Shown in pieces: positions 49,283 through 63,852 of a DNA stretch of 64,000 nt. The DNA comes from Chiloscyllium plagiosum. Taxonomy: Eukaryota. Location: NCBI RefSeq assembly GCF_004010195.1, contig NC_057756.1, positions 7,382,275 to 7,446,274 on the forward strand, written 5' to 3'. Numbering within the stretch: position 1 is the stretch's first letter; every line of letters begins with the position of its first letter. A program made the position numbers and the translations under genes. Below the pieces are notes generated by a model. The model was not told the origin of the DNA, did no database searches, and worked only from the letters and a program-made list of their open reading frames with translations.

Positions 49283-52200
49283 GATTTTGGATTATTGGAT
49301 AAATGAGGCTCTTTCTGGGTAGGTGGGACCTCTACAAGCAGGATGGTCTTCATCTGAACCAGAGGGGTACCAATATGTTGGGGGAGGGGGGATATTTGCA
49401 AATGCTATTGGGGTGGGTCTAAACTAATCCAGCAGTGGGGTGGGAACCAAAACTGTTGTTCGAGTATAGAAAAGGTTGAGAGTAGGGAGGTCCAAAATCA
49501 AGTTTCAGGGTTGCACGATGGCACCAGCAAATAAGAAGTTAGTTTGAAGTGTGTCTACTTCAACGCCAGGAGCATCTGGAATAAGGTGGGTGAACTTACA
49601 GCATGGTTGGTATTTGGGACTTCGGTGTTGTAGCCATTTCGGAGACATGGATAGAGCAGGGGCAGGAATGGTTGTTGCAGGTTCTAGAATTTAGATGTTT
49701 CAGTAAGAACAGAGAAGATGGTAAAAGAGGGGGAGGTGTGGAATTGTTGTTCAAGGGTAGTCTTACAGTTGCAGAAAGGATGCTTGGGGACTCGTCAACT
49801 GAGGTAGTATGGTCTGAGGTTAGAAACAGAAAAGGAGAGGTCACTCTGTTGGGAATTTTCTATAGGCGTCCGAATAGTTCCAGAGGTGTAGAGGAAAGGA
49901 TAGCAAAGATGACTCTCGAAAGGAGTGAGAGAGACAGGGTAGTTGTCATGGGGGACTTCAACTTTCCAAATAATGACTGGGAACACTATAGAACGAGTAC
50001 TATAGATGGGTCAGTTTTTGTCCAGTAAGTGCTGGAGGGCTTCCTGACACATTATGTAGACAGGCCAACGAGGGGCGAAGTCACATTAGATTTGGTACTG
50101 GGTAATGAACCCGGCTAGGTGTTAGACTTGGAAGTAGGTGAGCACTTTGGTGATAGCGATCACAATTCTGTTATGTTTACTTTAGTGATATAAAGGAATA
50201 GGTGTATACCACTGGACAAGAGTTACAGCTGGGGGGAAAGGCAATTACGATGTGATTAGGCAAGATTTAGGAAGCATAGGATGGGGAAGGAAAGTGCAGG
50301 GGATGGGCACAATAGAAATGTGGAACTTATTCAAGGAAAAGCTCCTGTGCCTCCTAGATAAGTATGAACCTGTCAGGCAGGGAGGAATCTGTAGAGCGTG
50401 GGAGCCGTGGTTTACGAAGGGAGTGGAAGCTCTGGTCAAGAGGAAGAAGAAGGCTTATGTCAGGATGAGATGCGAAGGCTCAGTTAGGGCGCTTGAGTGT
50501 TACAAGGTAGCCAGGAAAGACCTAAAGAGAGAGCTCAGAAGAGCCAGGAGGAGAAATGAGAAGTTGTTGGTGGATAGGATCAGGATAAACCTAAGGCTTT
50601 CTATAGGTATTTAAGGAATAAAAGAATGACGAGCGTAAGATTAGGACCAATCAAGGATAGTAATGGGAAGATGTGTGTGGAGTCAGAGGAGATGGGGGAA
50701 GCACTGAATGAATATTTTTCGACAGTATTCAATCAGATGAAAATGACAATGTTGTCGAGGAGAATACTGAGATACAGGCTACTAGACTAGGTGTGAATGA
50801 GGTTCACAAGGAAGAGGTATTAGAAATCCTGCAGAGTGTGAAAATAGATAAGTCCCCTGGACCGGATGGGATTTATTCTAGGCTCCTCTGGGAAGACAGG
50901 GAGGAGATTGCCGAGCCTTTGGCATTGATCTTTAAATCGTCATTGTCTAGAGGAATAGTGGCAGAAGACTGGAGGATAGCAAATATGGTTCCCCTGTTCA
51001 AGAAGGGGAGTAGAGATAATCCTGGTTATTATAGACCAGTGAGCCTTACTTCAGTTGTTGATAAAATGTTAGAAAAGGTTATCAGAGATAGGATTTATAA
51101 TCATCCAGAAAAACATAATTAGATCAGGGGTAGTCATCACGGTTTTGTGAAGGGTAGGTCATGCCTCACAAACCTTACTGAGTTCTTTGAGAAGGTGACC
51201 AAACAGGTAGATGAGAGTAAACCGGTTGATGTGGTGTATATGGATTTCAGCAAGGCGTTCGATAAGGTTCCCCACAGTAGGCTATTGCACAAAATATGGA
51301 GAAATGGGATTGTGGGAGATATAGCAGTTTGGATCAATAATAGGCTTGCTGAAAAAAGACAGAGGGTGGTGGTTGATGGGAAATGTTCATCCTGGAGTCC
51401 AGTTACTAGTGGTGTACTGCATGAGTCGGTGTTGGGTCCACTGCTGCTTGTAACTTTTATAAACGACATGGATGAGGACGTAGAAGGGTGGGGGGGTTAG
51501 TAAATTTGCAGACGACACTAATGTCGGTGGAGTTGTGGATAGTGACGAAGGATTTTGTAGGTTACAGAGAGACATAGATAAGCTGCAGAGCTGGGCTGAG
51601 AGGTGGCAAATGGAGTTTAATGCGGACAAGTGTGAGGTGATTCACTTTGGTCGGAGTAACCAGATTGCAAAGTACTGAACTAATGGTAAGATTCTTGGTA
51701 GTGTAGATGAGCAGAGAGATCTCGGTGCCCATGTACACAGATCCTTGAAAGTTGACAGGGTTGTTAAGAAGGCATATAGTGTTTTAGCTTTTATTAATTG
51801 AGGGCTCGAGTTCCACAACCATGAGGTTCTGCTACAGCTGTACAAAACTCTGGTGTGCCGCACTTGGAGCATTGTGTACAGTTCTGATCACCGCATTATA
51901 AGAAGGATTGCAAGCTTTGGAAAGGGTGCAGAGGAGATTTACTAGGGTGTTGCCTGGTATGGAGGGAAGGGCTTATGAGGAAAGGCTGAGGGACTTTAGG
52001 CTGTCTTCGTTAGAGAGAAGAAGGTTGAGAGATGACTTAATAGATACACATAAGATAATCAGAAGTTTAGATAGGGTGGACAGGGAGAGCTTTTTTCCAA
52101 GTGTGGTGGCGGCGAGCACGAGGGGCCATAGCTTTAAGTTGAGGGGTGATAAATATAGGACAGATGTCAGAGGTTGTTTCTTTACTCAGAGAGTAGTAAA

Positions 52201-52390
52201 GATATGGCATACTTTGCCTGCAGCGGTAGTAGATGCACCTAATTTAAGTACATTTACGTTGTCATTGGGCAAGAATATGAACATACATGGAATAGCATAG
52301 GTTCGGTGGGCTTCAGATTGGTATGACAGGTCAGCGCAACAACGAGAGTCGAAGGGCCTGTACTGCGCTGTAATGTTTTATGTTCTATGG
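49283..52390 (+). mobile_element. Near full-length CR1-clade (HER1-like) LINE: ORF1 3' end plus degenerate ORF2 (APE endonuclease and RT) and (TATGTTC)-type 3' tail
   Basis: DGLHLN motif at the end of ORF1; ISETW, MGDFNFP, KSPGPDG, YRPVSLTS, YMDFSKAFDKV and KFADD motifs; scattered stops and frameshifts. Confidence 0.92.
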
Positions 52391-54299
52391 TCGGCATTAG
52401 GTCCAAGAGTCGGTTTCTGTGCTGTGGAACTCTATGATTCTAAGTTCCTTACTACTGGAGTCTCACTTTCAAAAATATCTTTGCATTCTTTTGAAAGTAT
52501 GGCACCCAAAAAATTCTAGCTGAGGCTAAACTGGTGTCTTATAATTGTTACACACTCAGAGATCAAGAGAAATTGGGACACTAAAATTCATTAGAAGAGA
52601 AATATTCAGCCATTGCTAGAGCTGGATGGAAGCTGCAAAATTGGGAAAAAACTGATTAGAAATCTGCTGTCGGAGGTCAGGGGTTCCCTTTGAACAAGGA
52701 TACTGATTCACCGGAAGAAGATAAGGCAACTGGACCCTGCTATTCTTTATTTTACCCTCTCTTTGTGTGTTGCTTTCTGCTGTCACCATTGGATCAGGAA
52801 ACACCTCATGTTCCTTCTCCGAGTTTTAAAGAGTCCATGGATCACGGTCACGGAGCAGCCCTTCAGTTAATGGACTGCAGCGATTCAGGGAGATCACCTT
52901 CTCAGGGATTAGTGCAACCAATCCTAGGTTGAGATTTCCCAATTTCTGTGAATATGCAAAATTATTATTCACCTTCTCCCTTATATGATCTCAACAAGTT
53001 TAATTAGAAAGAATCCTTGTGGATACGTTTCTCCCAGACCAACCAAACTTACATTTTCCAAGCAGCTAACTAAGTTCTGCTTGACTTAAAGAAATAAATG
53101 CATTAGTAATTACTAAATGCAGTAAGTAATGACAACGAGACATGCATGCACGCATATTTGAAATGTGACGTGGTTTCAAAGCATGATAAAAGTTAAAAAA
53201 ACATATCATTATTCATGAAAGATACATTTTGGAATGTAGTCACCACAACATTAGTGATATGGGTAGTGTTGGTTTTTGTAGTTGAGCAGTCTATATTGAG
53301 ATGATTGGCTTTACAAGTTGGCTGTGAGTTTTCTTCCTGCTTCCTTTGATGGTGACGAGCCTACAACACTCAGAGCAAGCTTTACTTTTCTTCTTGTCTG
53401 CAGTGCAGGGTTGTTTAAGAGCTTCATTCAAACTATGACCTTCACAGCACAATGCTCCAGGCTGTCTAATATCATGCACACACAAACTAGGGGTTGCAGT
53501 TGATTTTTAACTCCTCCTTTGTCCATACGTAGACAAAAAAAACATGCCAACACTCTAGAATACAACCCTTTTCTGTTGACAGGAGGTGATTTGATTGCCC
53601 TGTACTTCTGCCCTTTGAAGTCCTTCCCTTTGCGGCTTTTGTTTTGACAACTTACAACGTGCTACGAGAATGTTCCAGAGAATCTTAGCTACTCATGAAT
53701 TTCAACCCTAGAAGATTGCCTTATTGGCTTGACTTGGCTTGAGGTCTTTGTCTTCTGAACAACACATCTTGTCACAATATAACAGCTGGCAGTTTTACCA
53801 CTTTATGAGTTTACTTTTAATAACAGTTCCAATGGATCAGACATCCATTGCTTGTAATCGCTGTTAACTCCAACCCTCCTGCAAGTGACTATGGTCATGT
53901 CTGGTTTCTCTTGTCAGCCTGGTTGGTCAATGCTGGGGCATTCTGGATGCTTCGTGTATGGTTTGGACAGGCTTGATTTCTGTGTTCTGTGTGGCCATGC
54001 TGTAGATAGGCAGGGTGGCAGATCTTTTCCCACATAAGACAACCCTTTCACCTCAGGAGTCAGCGAGTGAATCTTTGGAACTGCCTCCAGTGTAAATAAA
54101 TCCTTCCTTAAGGTGATCCAACTGTACTTTGTCTCCAGAATTCAGTCTCTCTAAGACTCCATACAATGTCATAAAGAGGATCCTACCTTTAGATTTCACT
54201 CCTTTTATAATAAAACCCAACATTCCATTTGTCTTATTTTTTGCTGGACGTGCATGTCAACCCTTTTTGAGATTTAAGCACAAGGACATGTTATATCTG

Positions 54300-54865
54300 T
54301 ACCGTTATGCTGTACAAGACATTGGTGAGGCCACATCTGGAGTGCTGCCTACAATTCTAGTCATCCTATTATACGAAGATGTTATTCAACTCAAAAGGGT
54401 GCAAAAAGGTATTACAAGGACATTACCGAGACTGGAGAGTTTGAGTTATAAGGAGAGGGTGGATACCCGGTACTGTTTTCCCTGGAGTGTCGGAGGTTGA
54501 GCAGTGACCTGACAGAGGTTTATAAAATCATGAGGGGCAGAGATTAGATGAATAGCTAAGGCCTTTCTCCCAGGATAGGGGAGTCCAAAACTAGACGGCG
54601 TGAGTTTAAAGTGAGAGGGGAAAGATTGAAGAGGGACCTGAGAGGCAACTTTTTTACGCAGAGGATAGCGCAGATAGGGAACGAGCAGCCAGAGGAAGTG
54701 GCAGATGTGAATTAAATTATAACATGTAAAACACGTTTGGACGGGTCCATGAATAGGAAAGGAGCAGAGTGATATGGACCAACCAAATGGGACTAGTTCG
54801 GGTTGAGAAACATGGTCAGCATGGAGGACTTGGGCTGAAGGGCCTGTTTCCGTGTTGTATTATAT
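54300..54865 (+). mobile_element. CR1 3' fragment
   Basis: KRVQKGITR motif and CR1 3' UTR similarity. Confidence 0.7.
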
Positions 54866-57659
54866 GATGGCATTCAGATCCTTCTACATTGCTACATCTT
54901 CCACCATGTGATTTTATGATACAGCATACCATTGCTGTGTTGACCATAATTACAGTGACATTAATGGTGTTTGAAATAAGTTTGCTTCCAACTTTAGATC
55001 TTGACCTCTTACATGTACAAATTACACACCTGCTCAGGACCAGTAGGGGATCTCACAAGAGGCAATTGATTCATGCCAATGAAAGCATTAACTTAAAATA
55101 AAAATGGATTCTGTTCAAAACGTCGGATCTTCTTCACAGCTGGAAGATATGTCAATACTAATTGTTTGTTTGCAGGCAGGTAAATTAATAATTTTATATA
55201 GGACGTATACTGAGTCGAATATCTTTGAAGCGGCAGGAAATGTCACTTTTCCACTACAAAACAAAAGAAAAAGATGCTGGAATTATTTGGGTGCTCAGAA
55301 ACTGTCAGTAGCTCTTATTGTTTGCTTTGGTTTCCTTGACATTATTTTAGGTTGGGTTTCAATTGGTGCCAATCTGGAGAAGTGTCCTAACTGTCTAAAG
55401 CAGACAAGATATTCCTCTTACCATCCACCCTCCCCTCCTTCATTATCACCTTCATCCTTCCCTGATTCCATTGCCTCAACTCTTCCCCATCCAACAACAA
55501 GCTGCATTTATCTAACAGCTTTAAAGGAGGAAAAATTACCCATGGTGCTTTGCACCATTTCAAGAAGATCAAAAATAAACTGCCGCCAAGTTTAAAGAAA
55601 GAAAAATATTGCAGGTTTTGGGGCCAGTGTCTGGATGTTGCAGGTTTGTATAATGACAGAGAGGTTCACCCAGCTGAAAAACAAATGGATTAACATTAAC
55701 TGAACTATTGTCAAAGATTAAGCAACACAATCCAAAATTCAGCCGACACTTTTACACAATTCTCTATAGCACTGTATACCTTTTTCTATCTAAACAGTGC
55801 TGGTTCAAGACTAGAATTCAGGCATTACACTTAGCCACGTTCCTGTTGTACACTAAGCTACCTCACTGAGTTCACTAGGATGAACCCTGGTATGGCAGGA
55901 TTGTCTTTGTGACAAAGATTAAAGAGATTAGGGCTCTCCTCCTTGGAATTTGGAATAATGAGAGGTGATCTCATTGCAACATATAAAGGATTCTTAAGGG
56001 TGTTTTACAGGGAAAGGACTGTTTCCCACTACTAGAGAGTGTAGGACCAGCCTAGTTTCAGCGTAAATGGGCAGTTTAAGACTGAGATGAGGAGGAATTT
56101 CTTCTCTCAGATGGTTGTGAATCTTTGGAACTTATTGCTGCAGAGAGCTGTGGGGGCAAAGTATTTCTGTATGTTTAAGGCTGGGGTATTTTTATTAATT
56201 TATGGTGACGTGGGTGTCACTGGCTAGACCAGCATTTATCGCCCATCCCTAATTACCCAGAGGGCAGTTAAGAGTCAACCACATTGCAGTGGGCCTGGAG
56301 TCACATGTAGGCCAGACCAGGTAACGATGGCAGTTTCCTTCCCTATACATTATATAGATTCTTGGTCACTTGGATCTTTAAGGGTTGTGGGGAAAGGGCA
56401 GGAGAGTTTACATGATCAGCCAATGATCCATTTGAATGGTGGTGCAGGACTGAGGGGCCTACTGGCCTCTGGCTGCTCCTATTTCTTACAGTCTCATTGT
56501 CTACCTGTTCCTCGCTCGTTGGTTTACCGCTGCTTAAGGTACGTTATGAAGCTTGTCAGCAAAATGGGAGCAATGTCAGGAACACAGAATGTCCACACGA
56601 TGAAATGTCTTTCACTGTGGTTAATGCCAGGATTGGTCGAATATTAGGCCTCACCGCAGTCTCACCGAGCTCTCACAGTTGCTTATCAAAACCAGCTGGT
56701 CAGACATATCTCAGAACACACTGAAGAAACAAATTACAGATGAGGTTGCCACCACTCATGTCTATCTGCCTCTGGACTGGATTTGGATCTGGAGTAGAGA
56801 TTGATACAAGAATTTTAATTGATTTCTGTTGATGTGCAGTGAAAGAAATGTCATCATAAAAGGCCGGCCAGTCAAATGAGCTAATTGACTCATACTTAAA
56901 GTTACAGTACACCCATGTCTTCATAACAGTAGGACTCTGGGAAGGTTCAGGCTATTGGGCTCATTCTCTCAAGATGGCTGATCTCTCCCTTCTTTCCTTA
57001 TCTTTTTTGTTAACTTCATTTTTCTTTTCCTTCTTACTTTTCCAGTCAGCGGCAGTGGAGGGGGTGACATTGTGGAATGGAGGGTCTGGAATGGGACTCT
57101 TGGCAGGGCATTGGCCTGGCCTGACAAGGAAGCCAGGGACTCCTGGTTGTGGTGAGGCCAGAGTCCTTTACTTTTGTCCTTGGTTAAACCCAAATCTAAC
57201 TTACTTGCTAATTCTAAAAGTTAAAAAGGCGTAGAGCATGCTTGCCTTTATTGGTGAGGGAACTGAGTTCAAGATTCAGGATGTCGTGTTACAGCTTTAA
57301 AAGATTTTGGTCAGGACACATTTAGAGTGTTCTGTTCAGTTCTGGTTGCCACATGACAAGAAGGATGTGAAGGCTTTGGATGGGTTGCAAAAGCGGTTTA
57401 CCAGTCTGCTGGTCCGATAAGAGAGTTTGAGTTACAAGGGAGTGGGGAGAGGGGGGTGTTGGACAGAAAGCTAATGAGATGATGCCTTACCCCTACCCCT
57501 GGATGCATTCCAGTTTGGTTTGTCAACTGATGTGTCCAAGACCACAAGAAATTACAGAGAGCTGCTTACACAGCCCAGTCCATCACACAAACAGCCTTTC
57601 TTCCATTGCCTCCGTCTACATTCCCTGCTGCCTCAGGAAAGCAACCAACATCATTAAAG

Positions 57660-57787
57660 AGGAGAAAGTGAGGTCTGCAGATGCTGGAGATCAGAGCTGA
57701 AAATGTGTTGCTGGAAAAGCGCAGCAGGTCAGGCAGCATCCAAGGAGTAGGAGAATTGACGTTTTGGGCATAAGCCCTTCTTCAGGA
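57660..57787. mobile_element. Penelope-like terminal-repeat fragment
   Basis: Same family as 259-383; short piece also at ~26290-26335. Confidence 0.7.
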
Positions 57788-60079
57788 CATCATTAAAGCG
57801 CCTTCCCACCGCAGTTATAACCTCTTCCACCCTCTTCCATTGGCCAGAAGATGCAAAAAAATTTGAAAACGCACATCAACAGATACATGAATATATTCTT
57901 TAATGCTGTTATAGAGTCATAGAGATGTACAGAATGGAAACAGAGGTTTTGGTCCAACTCATCCATGCTGTCCAGATATCCTGAATGAATCCTGTCCCAT
58001 TTGCTAGCACTTGACCCACATCTCTCTAAACTCGTCTTATTCATATATCCATCCAGATATCTTTTAAATGTTGTTATCAGACTTGCGATTGAACCTTTAT
58101 TCTTCAGAGTTGATTTTATTCTGCACCTTCTCTGTCGCTGTTACGCTACATTCTGCAATCTATTCTGTTATTCTGATTTACTTTTGTAAGGTATGATTTG
58201 TTTGGATAGCACGCAAAACAATACTTTTCACTGTATCTTGGTATATGTCAAAATATTAAATCAAATGAAATCAAATCCACTGGAGCAGATTAATGAGTGG
58301 TCTGTAGGGGTGGAACTTTTTGATACTTGTCAGTTCCATTGCAATGCAATGAATTTCAGGATATCGAGAGCCATAGCTAATTGGATGGTGATGGTGACGA
58401 TAATATAATGCAACAAAGACAAGGTTAAAATATCTGTTTTATTTGAAATGTCTTACATGGAAACAGACAGATTAAAAATGTGATAGGACAAGTGAAGAAG
58501 AACAATGGACGTGCAAAGACATTCAAATGTCTTGGCAACTAATTTGAAAGCTAGTCGATGGGAAGTCTTTCATGGTCTGAAAATAGTGGGGATGTAATAC
58601 GAACCATTATAAGTCCACTTAGGGTCAAAGTGCAAGATCTATGCTCAGAATATCAGGAACGGTATAAATTGTGAGGAATCATTGTACAGGTGTTTGATAA
58701 TGAAGGAGATGCTGATAAATATCAATAGAAGTGGAGACAACAAATTGAATGTGGTGTGAAATTTGTTTGAAAAGAGTTAACGGATATGTAGTCGAAGCTT
58801 TGAGTGGAATTAACGCCTGTTCTGGCCCATTTGGAATTACAGCTTTGAAAGGAAGCAAAGGGTGAATTATGAAATCAGCTGTTATCTTCAATTAGATTCC
58901 AGAAGTAGGAAGAATCTACCCAGAGAACTTGGGAGCAGAAAATTGGACGATTTTAACACAGAACAAACGGAGGATTTCAAATCATCCCAGTGTGACTATT
59001 TTTGCATGACTGATGGACGAACAGCACACATTGAATGGAAACATTAAAACAAAGGTCTTTGAGTTAATTGACTTTGAGTCCATTATAGATGTAGGAAGAC
59101 TATTCTCGCTGACTGGTGGTTGCAGAACCATAGGTTGCAGGAGAACAAATGTGAACAAGAAATGTATTCCCCTGAGTGGTGATCCCACTTTCTGCTAAAG
59201 AAAGTGGTTGAAGCCAAAATATTGACTATTTTCAAGAAGGCAACAGATACTTTTCTTCAGACAAAAAGGATTCAAGGATCAGGAGAAAGCTGGCGGCAGG
59301 GTTCTGATTTCTATGATCAGCCATGATACTATTAAATGGTAAAGTAGGTTCGAACTACCAAATACACTAATTGTGTTTGCATATTCTATGTCCCTATGTT
59401 CATTAAGATGCCTCCATAGAAGTAGCCACACCTTATTAGCTTGAGCTGCAGCATTACCTTGGTTGCTCAGGCTGCTGGATCTGTCAAAGACACTGGTTTC
59501 AGTCTCTGTGGGAGTTTTTTAAGTTGTATTCTTTCATAGACCTGAAAGTTAACTTATTCATGCGGAGAGTAGTCCATCTATGGAACGAGCTACCACATGA
59601 TGTGACGGAGGCCGGAGTAATTATAACATTGAAAACCGCATCTGGATGAGTATATGAATAGGAAGACTTCAGAGGAATATTGGTTAACTGCTGGCAAATG
59701 GGACAAGGACAGAATGGGATGTCTGGTCAGCAATGACAAGTTTAATCGAAGAGTCTGTTTCCGTGCTGTTAAGCTTATGACTCTATGGTTTCTGCAATCC
59801 ATTGCTCACAGAGATTGTCCTATTACTGAGTCACTAAGGCTGTATGTCTTCCCTTTGGTGTTTTCCTATGAAGTTGGAAAGAAATAATTTGAATGCAACA
59901 GTGACTTAACATCTCTGCGCTAATATAGTTTGCCTATCAGATCAGAAATAACAATGCTGCAACTTTACCATTCCCTTGGGAATCCAAAAGAATATAAAAT
60001 TGGTTCTGAACACTGTAATACTGTGTTCAACTCGAACGTTTTGGCTTCATCACCCAGGAACAGAACCTTCATACACAAA

Positions 60080-60146
60080 ATGCTGCACTTATTTACCATT
60101 GTTGATAAAGTATATTACATCACTATTGCTGTTATTGGTGTCCCAA
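60080..60146 (+). CDS. GPR139-like class A GPCR, exon 1: MLHLFTIVDKVYYITIAVIGVP|(I); donor mutated to ATAAGT (possible pseudogene)
   Basis: Short N-terminus plus TM1 start (YY-x-x-I-A-V-I-G-V-P) typical of the GPR139/142-like family; phase 1 fits exon 2; positions 60147-60152 read ATAAGT. Confidence 0.7.
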
Positions 60147-60175
60147 ATAAGTTTTAAAAAAATATTTTTTTCATG

Positions 60176-60490
60176 GGATGTGGGCATCGCTACCTCGTCC
60201 AGAAATTATGGCCCAGAGGGCAGTTGAAGAGTCATCCGCATTACTGCCAGTCTGAAGTGACATGTCAGCCAGTCCAGGTAAGGATAGCAGTTTCCTTCCC
60301 GAGAGGACATTAGTGAACAAGATGGATTTTTGCAACAATCCAGAATTACTTATTTTTATAATTAAAGTCTTAATTCCAGATTTTTGTTTTCATTGACTTC
60401 AAATTCCACCATCGACCATGGGAATTCTAACCTGGATCCCCAGTACATTGCCGGGGTCACTGGATTAATAGTTCAGTGATTATACCCCTT
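60176..60490 (-). mobile_element. tRNA-derived SINE resembling SacSINE1 (Deu-SINE); related copies at ~5535-5830, ~9130-9670, ~11448-12010 and ~56207-56345
   Basis: Shared block GGGCAGTTAAGAGTC...CACATGTAGGCCAGACCAGGTAAGGA...GGACATTAGTGAAC among copies; family name from recall. Confidence 0.6.
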
Positions 60491-61709
60491 TAGCAGAACT
60501 TAGAAAATTGCATCAATCCATGCAGTGGAATACCATGTCACTGTGTTTATATTTCGCTCGAAGTATTTGCCAGTTGGGTTCACAGTACGTCAGTCAGCAC
60601 TGCAATCAATGGACATGCATTGTCAGGATTGTTGTGAGTTTTGACTGGGACTGAATAATAGGAAATCCCTGTGAACAGCAGATTGCAGAGATCAGAGAAT
60701 CATAGGGTGAAATAGCACAGAAACACAGCCTTCAGACAAATCAGATGTTGAGACAGTGGCAAGGTAAGACAGTCCAGTCAGAGCTCCTCTCTCACCAGTT
60801 CCTTTTCCTTTTCCTTTCATTTCTCTTCTCCTCTTTGCGGCAGTTTTTTTCTTCCTCTCTCCCCCATACTATTAACTGACCGTACCTGGAGATGAGTCAT
60901 GAACAGAGACAGGGCGTGAGCTGAGCACACGGGCTGTGTTCCACAGCAGCAGCAGAGCGAGCAAGGACCAAGACATGGACTGAATTCCAGAGTGACGGCA
61001 GCAGGGAAATCTGGTGTCACGGAACTGCATGTGGGGGATCCTGAGTCCCAGAGTGGCATGTGGGGTATCCCAAGTTCCAGAGCAGCACGAGGCGAAGTGT
61101 GACAGACCTTGTTGCTGCTGAGTGCCGGTGAGAAAGCGAGCTAGAGGTAGGAGGGATGGGGGACACTTGTTGGAATTGGGCCCTGGCCCTATGTGCTGAG
61201 CTGCTGCTGTTGTAATTCTTTACCAGACTGGACTGTAAATAACTCTTTCATTCTTAACTCATTCTCAGGCACTGTCAGTAATGTTACTGCTTTCCTCATG
61301 ATCCTCTTTTGTCTAACAGCGCCATATATTTTTGAACTCTGTAAGATTTGTACTTGGACCAGTGGTGGCACCATTAAAAGGCAGCCATTGTAAACACTTC
61401 CCACTGTACTCCTGTACTTCTGTACTAGATGACAATTGACAATAAAGGATATTAATTGTGGATGGTTACATTGAGTTGATGACATGCAAAGAAACATTAA
61501 CTTGCATATAAAATCTAATTCCCTCCATTTCTTTGTTGAACAATTTTGGTTTTTCTTTCAAAGATTAGCTTAGAGGAAGAAGCGCTGATATTTCCTAATC
61601 CCAGGTAGTTGCACGAATGGAAAGCAGTAATAACGATTCAATAACTCATCACCAGTACTGAGTACGTTTTTCCAGTATCCAACATAATTAGTGATTACAA
61701 ATATAATTT

Positions 61710-62990
61710 CCCAGAATGTAGACAAATCTGAGGTGCGAAATTTTGGAGAAGCAAATCAGAGCAGGACTTCTACTCTGAATGATAGGGTCCCTGAGACTGT
61801 TGCAAACCATGGAGATCTTGGAGATCAGGGCCCTTGAAGATTGACTTGCATGTCGGCAGGGTTGTAAAGAAGATATTTAATGTACAGGACATTGAATAGG
61901 CCACTTTGGGAATAATGAGTGCAGTTCTGATCTCCTTCCTATTGGAAAGATGTTGTGAAAATTGAAAAGGTTCAGGAAAGGTTTACAACGATGTTGCCAG
62001 GGTTGGAGGATTTGAGCTACAGGGAGAGGCTGAACAGGCTGGGACTGTTTTCCCTGGAGCGTCGGAGGCTGAGGGGTGACTTTACAGAGGTTTCTGAAGT
62101 TATGAGGGGCATCGATAGGGTAAATAGGCAAAGTCTTTTCCCTGGGGTCGGGGAGTCCAGAACTAGAAAGCTTAGGTTTAGGGTGATGGGGAAAGATATA
62201 AAAGAGACCTAAGGTACAACATTTTCACGCAGAGAATGGTACGTGTATGGAATGAGCTGCCAGAGGAAGTGATATAAACTGGTACAATTGCAACATTTAA
62301 GGCATTTGAATGGGCATATGAATAGGAAGGGTTTGGAGGAATATGGGTCAGGTGCTGGCAGGTTGGACTCGATTGAGTTCGGATATCTGGTTAGCATGGA
62401 CGGGTTGGATAGAAGGGTCGATTTCCATGCTGTACATCTCTATGACTCTATGCGATGTGGCTATACAGGACATTAGTTTGGCCGCTTCTGGAAAATAACC
62501 TTCTTTTCTGGTCTGCCTGCTTTAGGAAAGTTGCTGTTAATCTTGAAAGTGATTGGAAAAGATTTACAAGGATGTCGCTGGAGATGTAAAGTCTGAGCTA
62601 TAGGGAGAGGCGGGACAGGCTGGGACAGTGTTCGCTGGAGCATCAAAGGTTGAGGGCCATAGATAGAGTGAATACTCAAGATCTTCTCCCCGCGGTAAGT
62701 GAGTCCAAAACGAAAGGACATAGACTTAAGCTGAGAGAGGATGGATTTAAATGGTTCTAAGCAGCAGCTTTTCCATACAGAAGTTGATATTTGCATGGAA
62801 TGAGCTGCCAGAGCAAGTGCTTGAGGCTGGTACAATGGCAACACTTAAAAGGCATCTGGATGACAAAATGAATATGAAGGATTTAGAGGGGTATTGGTGA
62901 AATGCTGGCAAATTGGACTTGATTAATTTTGGAAATCTGGTCAGCATGGATGAGTGGACTGAAGAGTCTATTCCTGCGCTGTTCTATAAG
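61710..62990 (+). mobile_element. Two tandem CR1 3' fragments in the GPR139-like intron
   Basis: LERRRLRGD and WNELPE motifs; two 3' tails. Confidence 0.8.
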
Positions 62991-63852
62991 TGATTGAAAG
63001 TAATTGTTGGAGTGTTGCGTGGACAGCCGGCAGGGTACAGGAAGAGGTGAAACCATTTGCAAGAACAAGTTCAAATTTGTATATTCTTCCTTGCATGAAA
63101 GATTTCTTCATTTATTTTTCTTATCCTTTGTTAAACTGCCAGCTCTGTTTGGTTATCTTGATATTCATCAATGGTTTCAGTTTTCTTACAGCACATTTCA
63201 GGTTCTCAATGGTGATCCCCTGTCCATCATATCCTCAGTCCCCAAGTTGTGGTCGACTTGTTGATTCGGTGTGGATATGATCACTTATTGTGGGTGCTGG
63301 TGTTCCCATATCCTTGTGGAATATTGTTTAAAATATGTCTGTCCTGTAATGCAGCATGACATAATGTAATGGTGTCAAATCCATGTTTCTGGGTACTATA
63401 TTTTAAATATGGATGTCATTTTATGTCAGCTTGCATTGTGACCATGTTAAAATGGAGCCTAACAACATTTAAATCCAGTGGTCCTTGGCTAGGAGATCAG
63501 CTTGGCTAATTATTGGGAACACGAAAGGGAAATGGACCGGTTTCTATACTCCTCATTTTTTTTCCTTCTATTAACAGAATGATGTCAATGAAACCAATAG
63601 AATATGTTCAGTCTGATTCTGTACACAACAATAACGTATTGAACTGACCATTTTCCACCTCCAAAGCCATTTTGCAGTACTTCATGTTCAACACCACACA
63701 CTCATTTCCTTTGTTCATTGGGCACAGCTTAACACGGAATGGAATTGGGATTAAAAATATTTTTACATTTTAATATTTTCCTGACTGCCCTAATGCCATC
63801 TCAACTCAAACAGAAGGCTATTCAAAACTAATTTCACTTCTCCCTCTCACAG

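Noticed and set aside
56974..57234. ORF with a signal-peptide-like N-terminus (MADLSLLSLSFLL...)
   Set aside because: Hydrophobicity comes from a CT-rich low-complexity tract that looks like a repeat 5' end (similar tract at ~60790-60860); no downstream exons found
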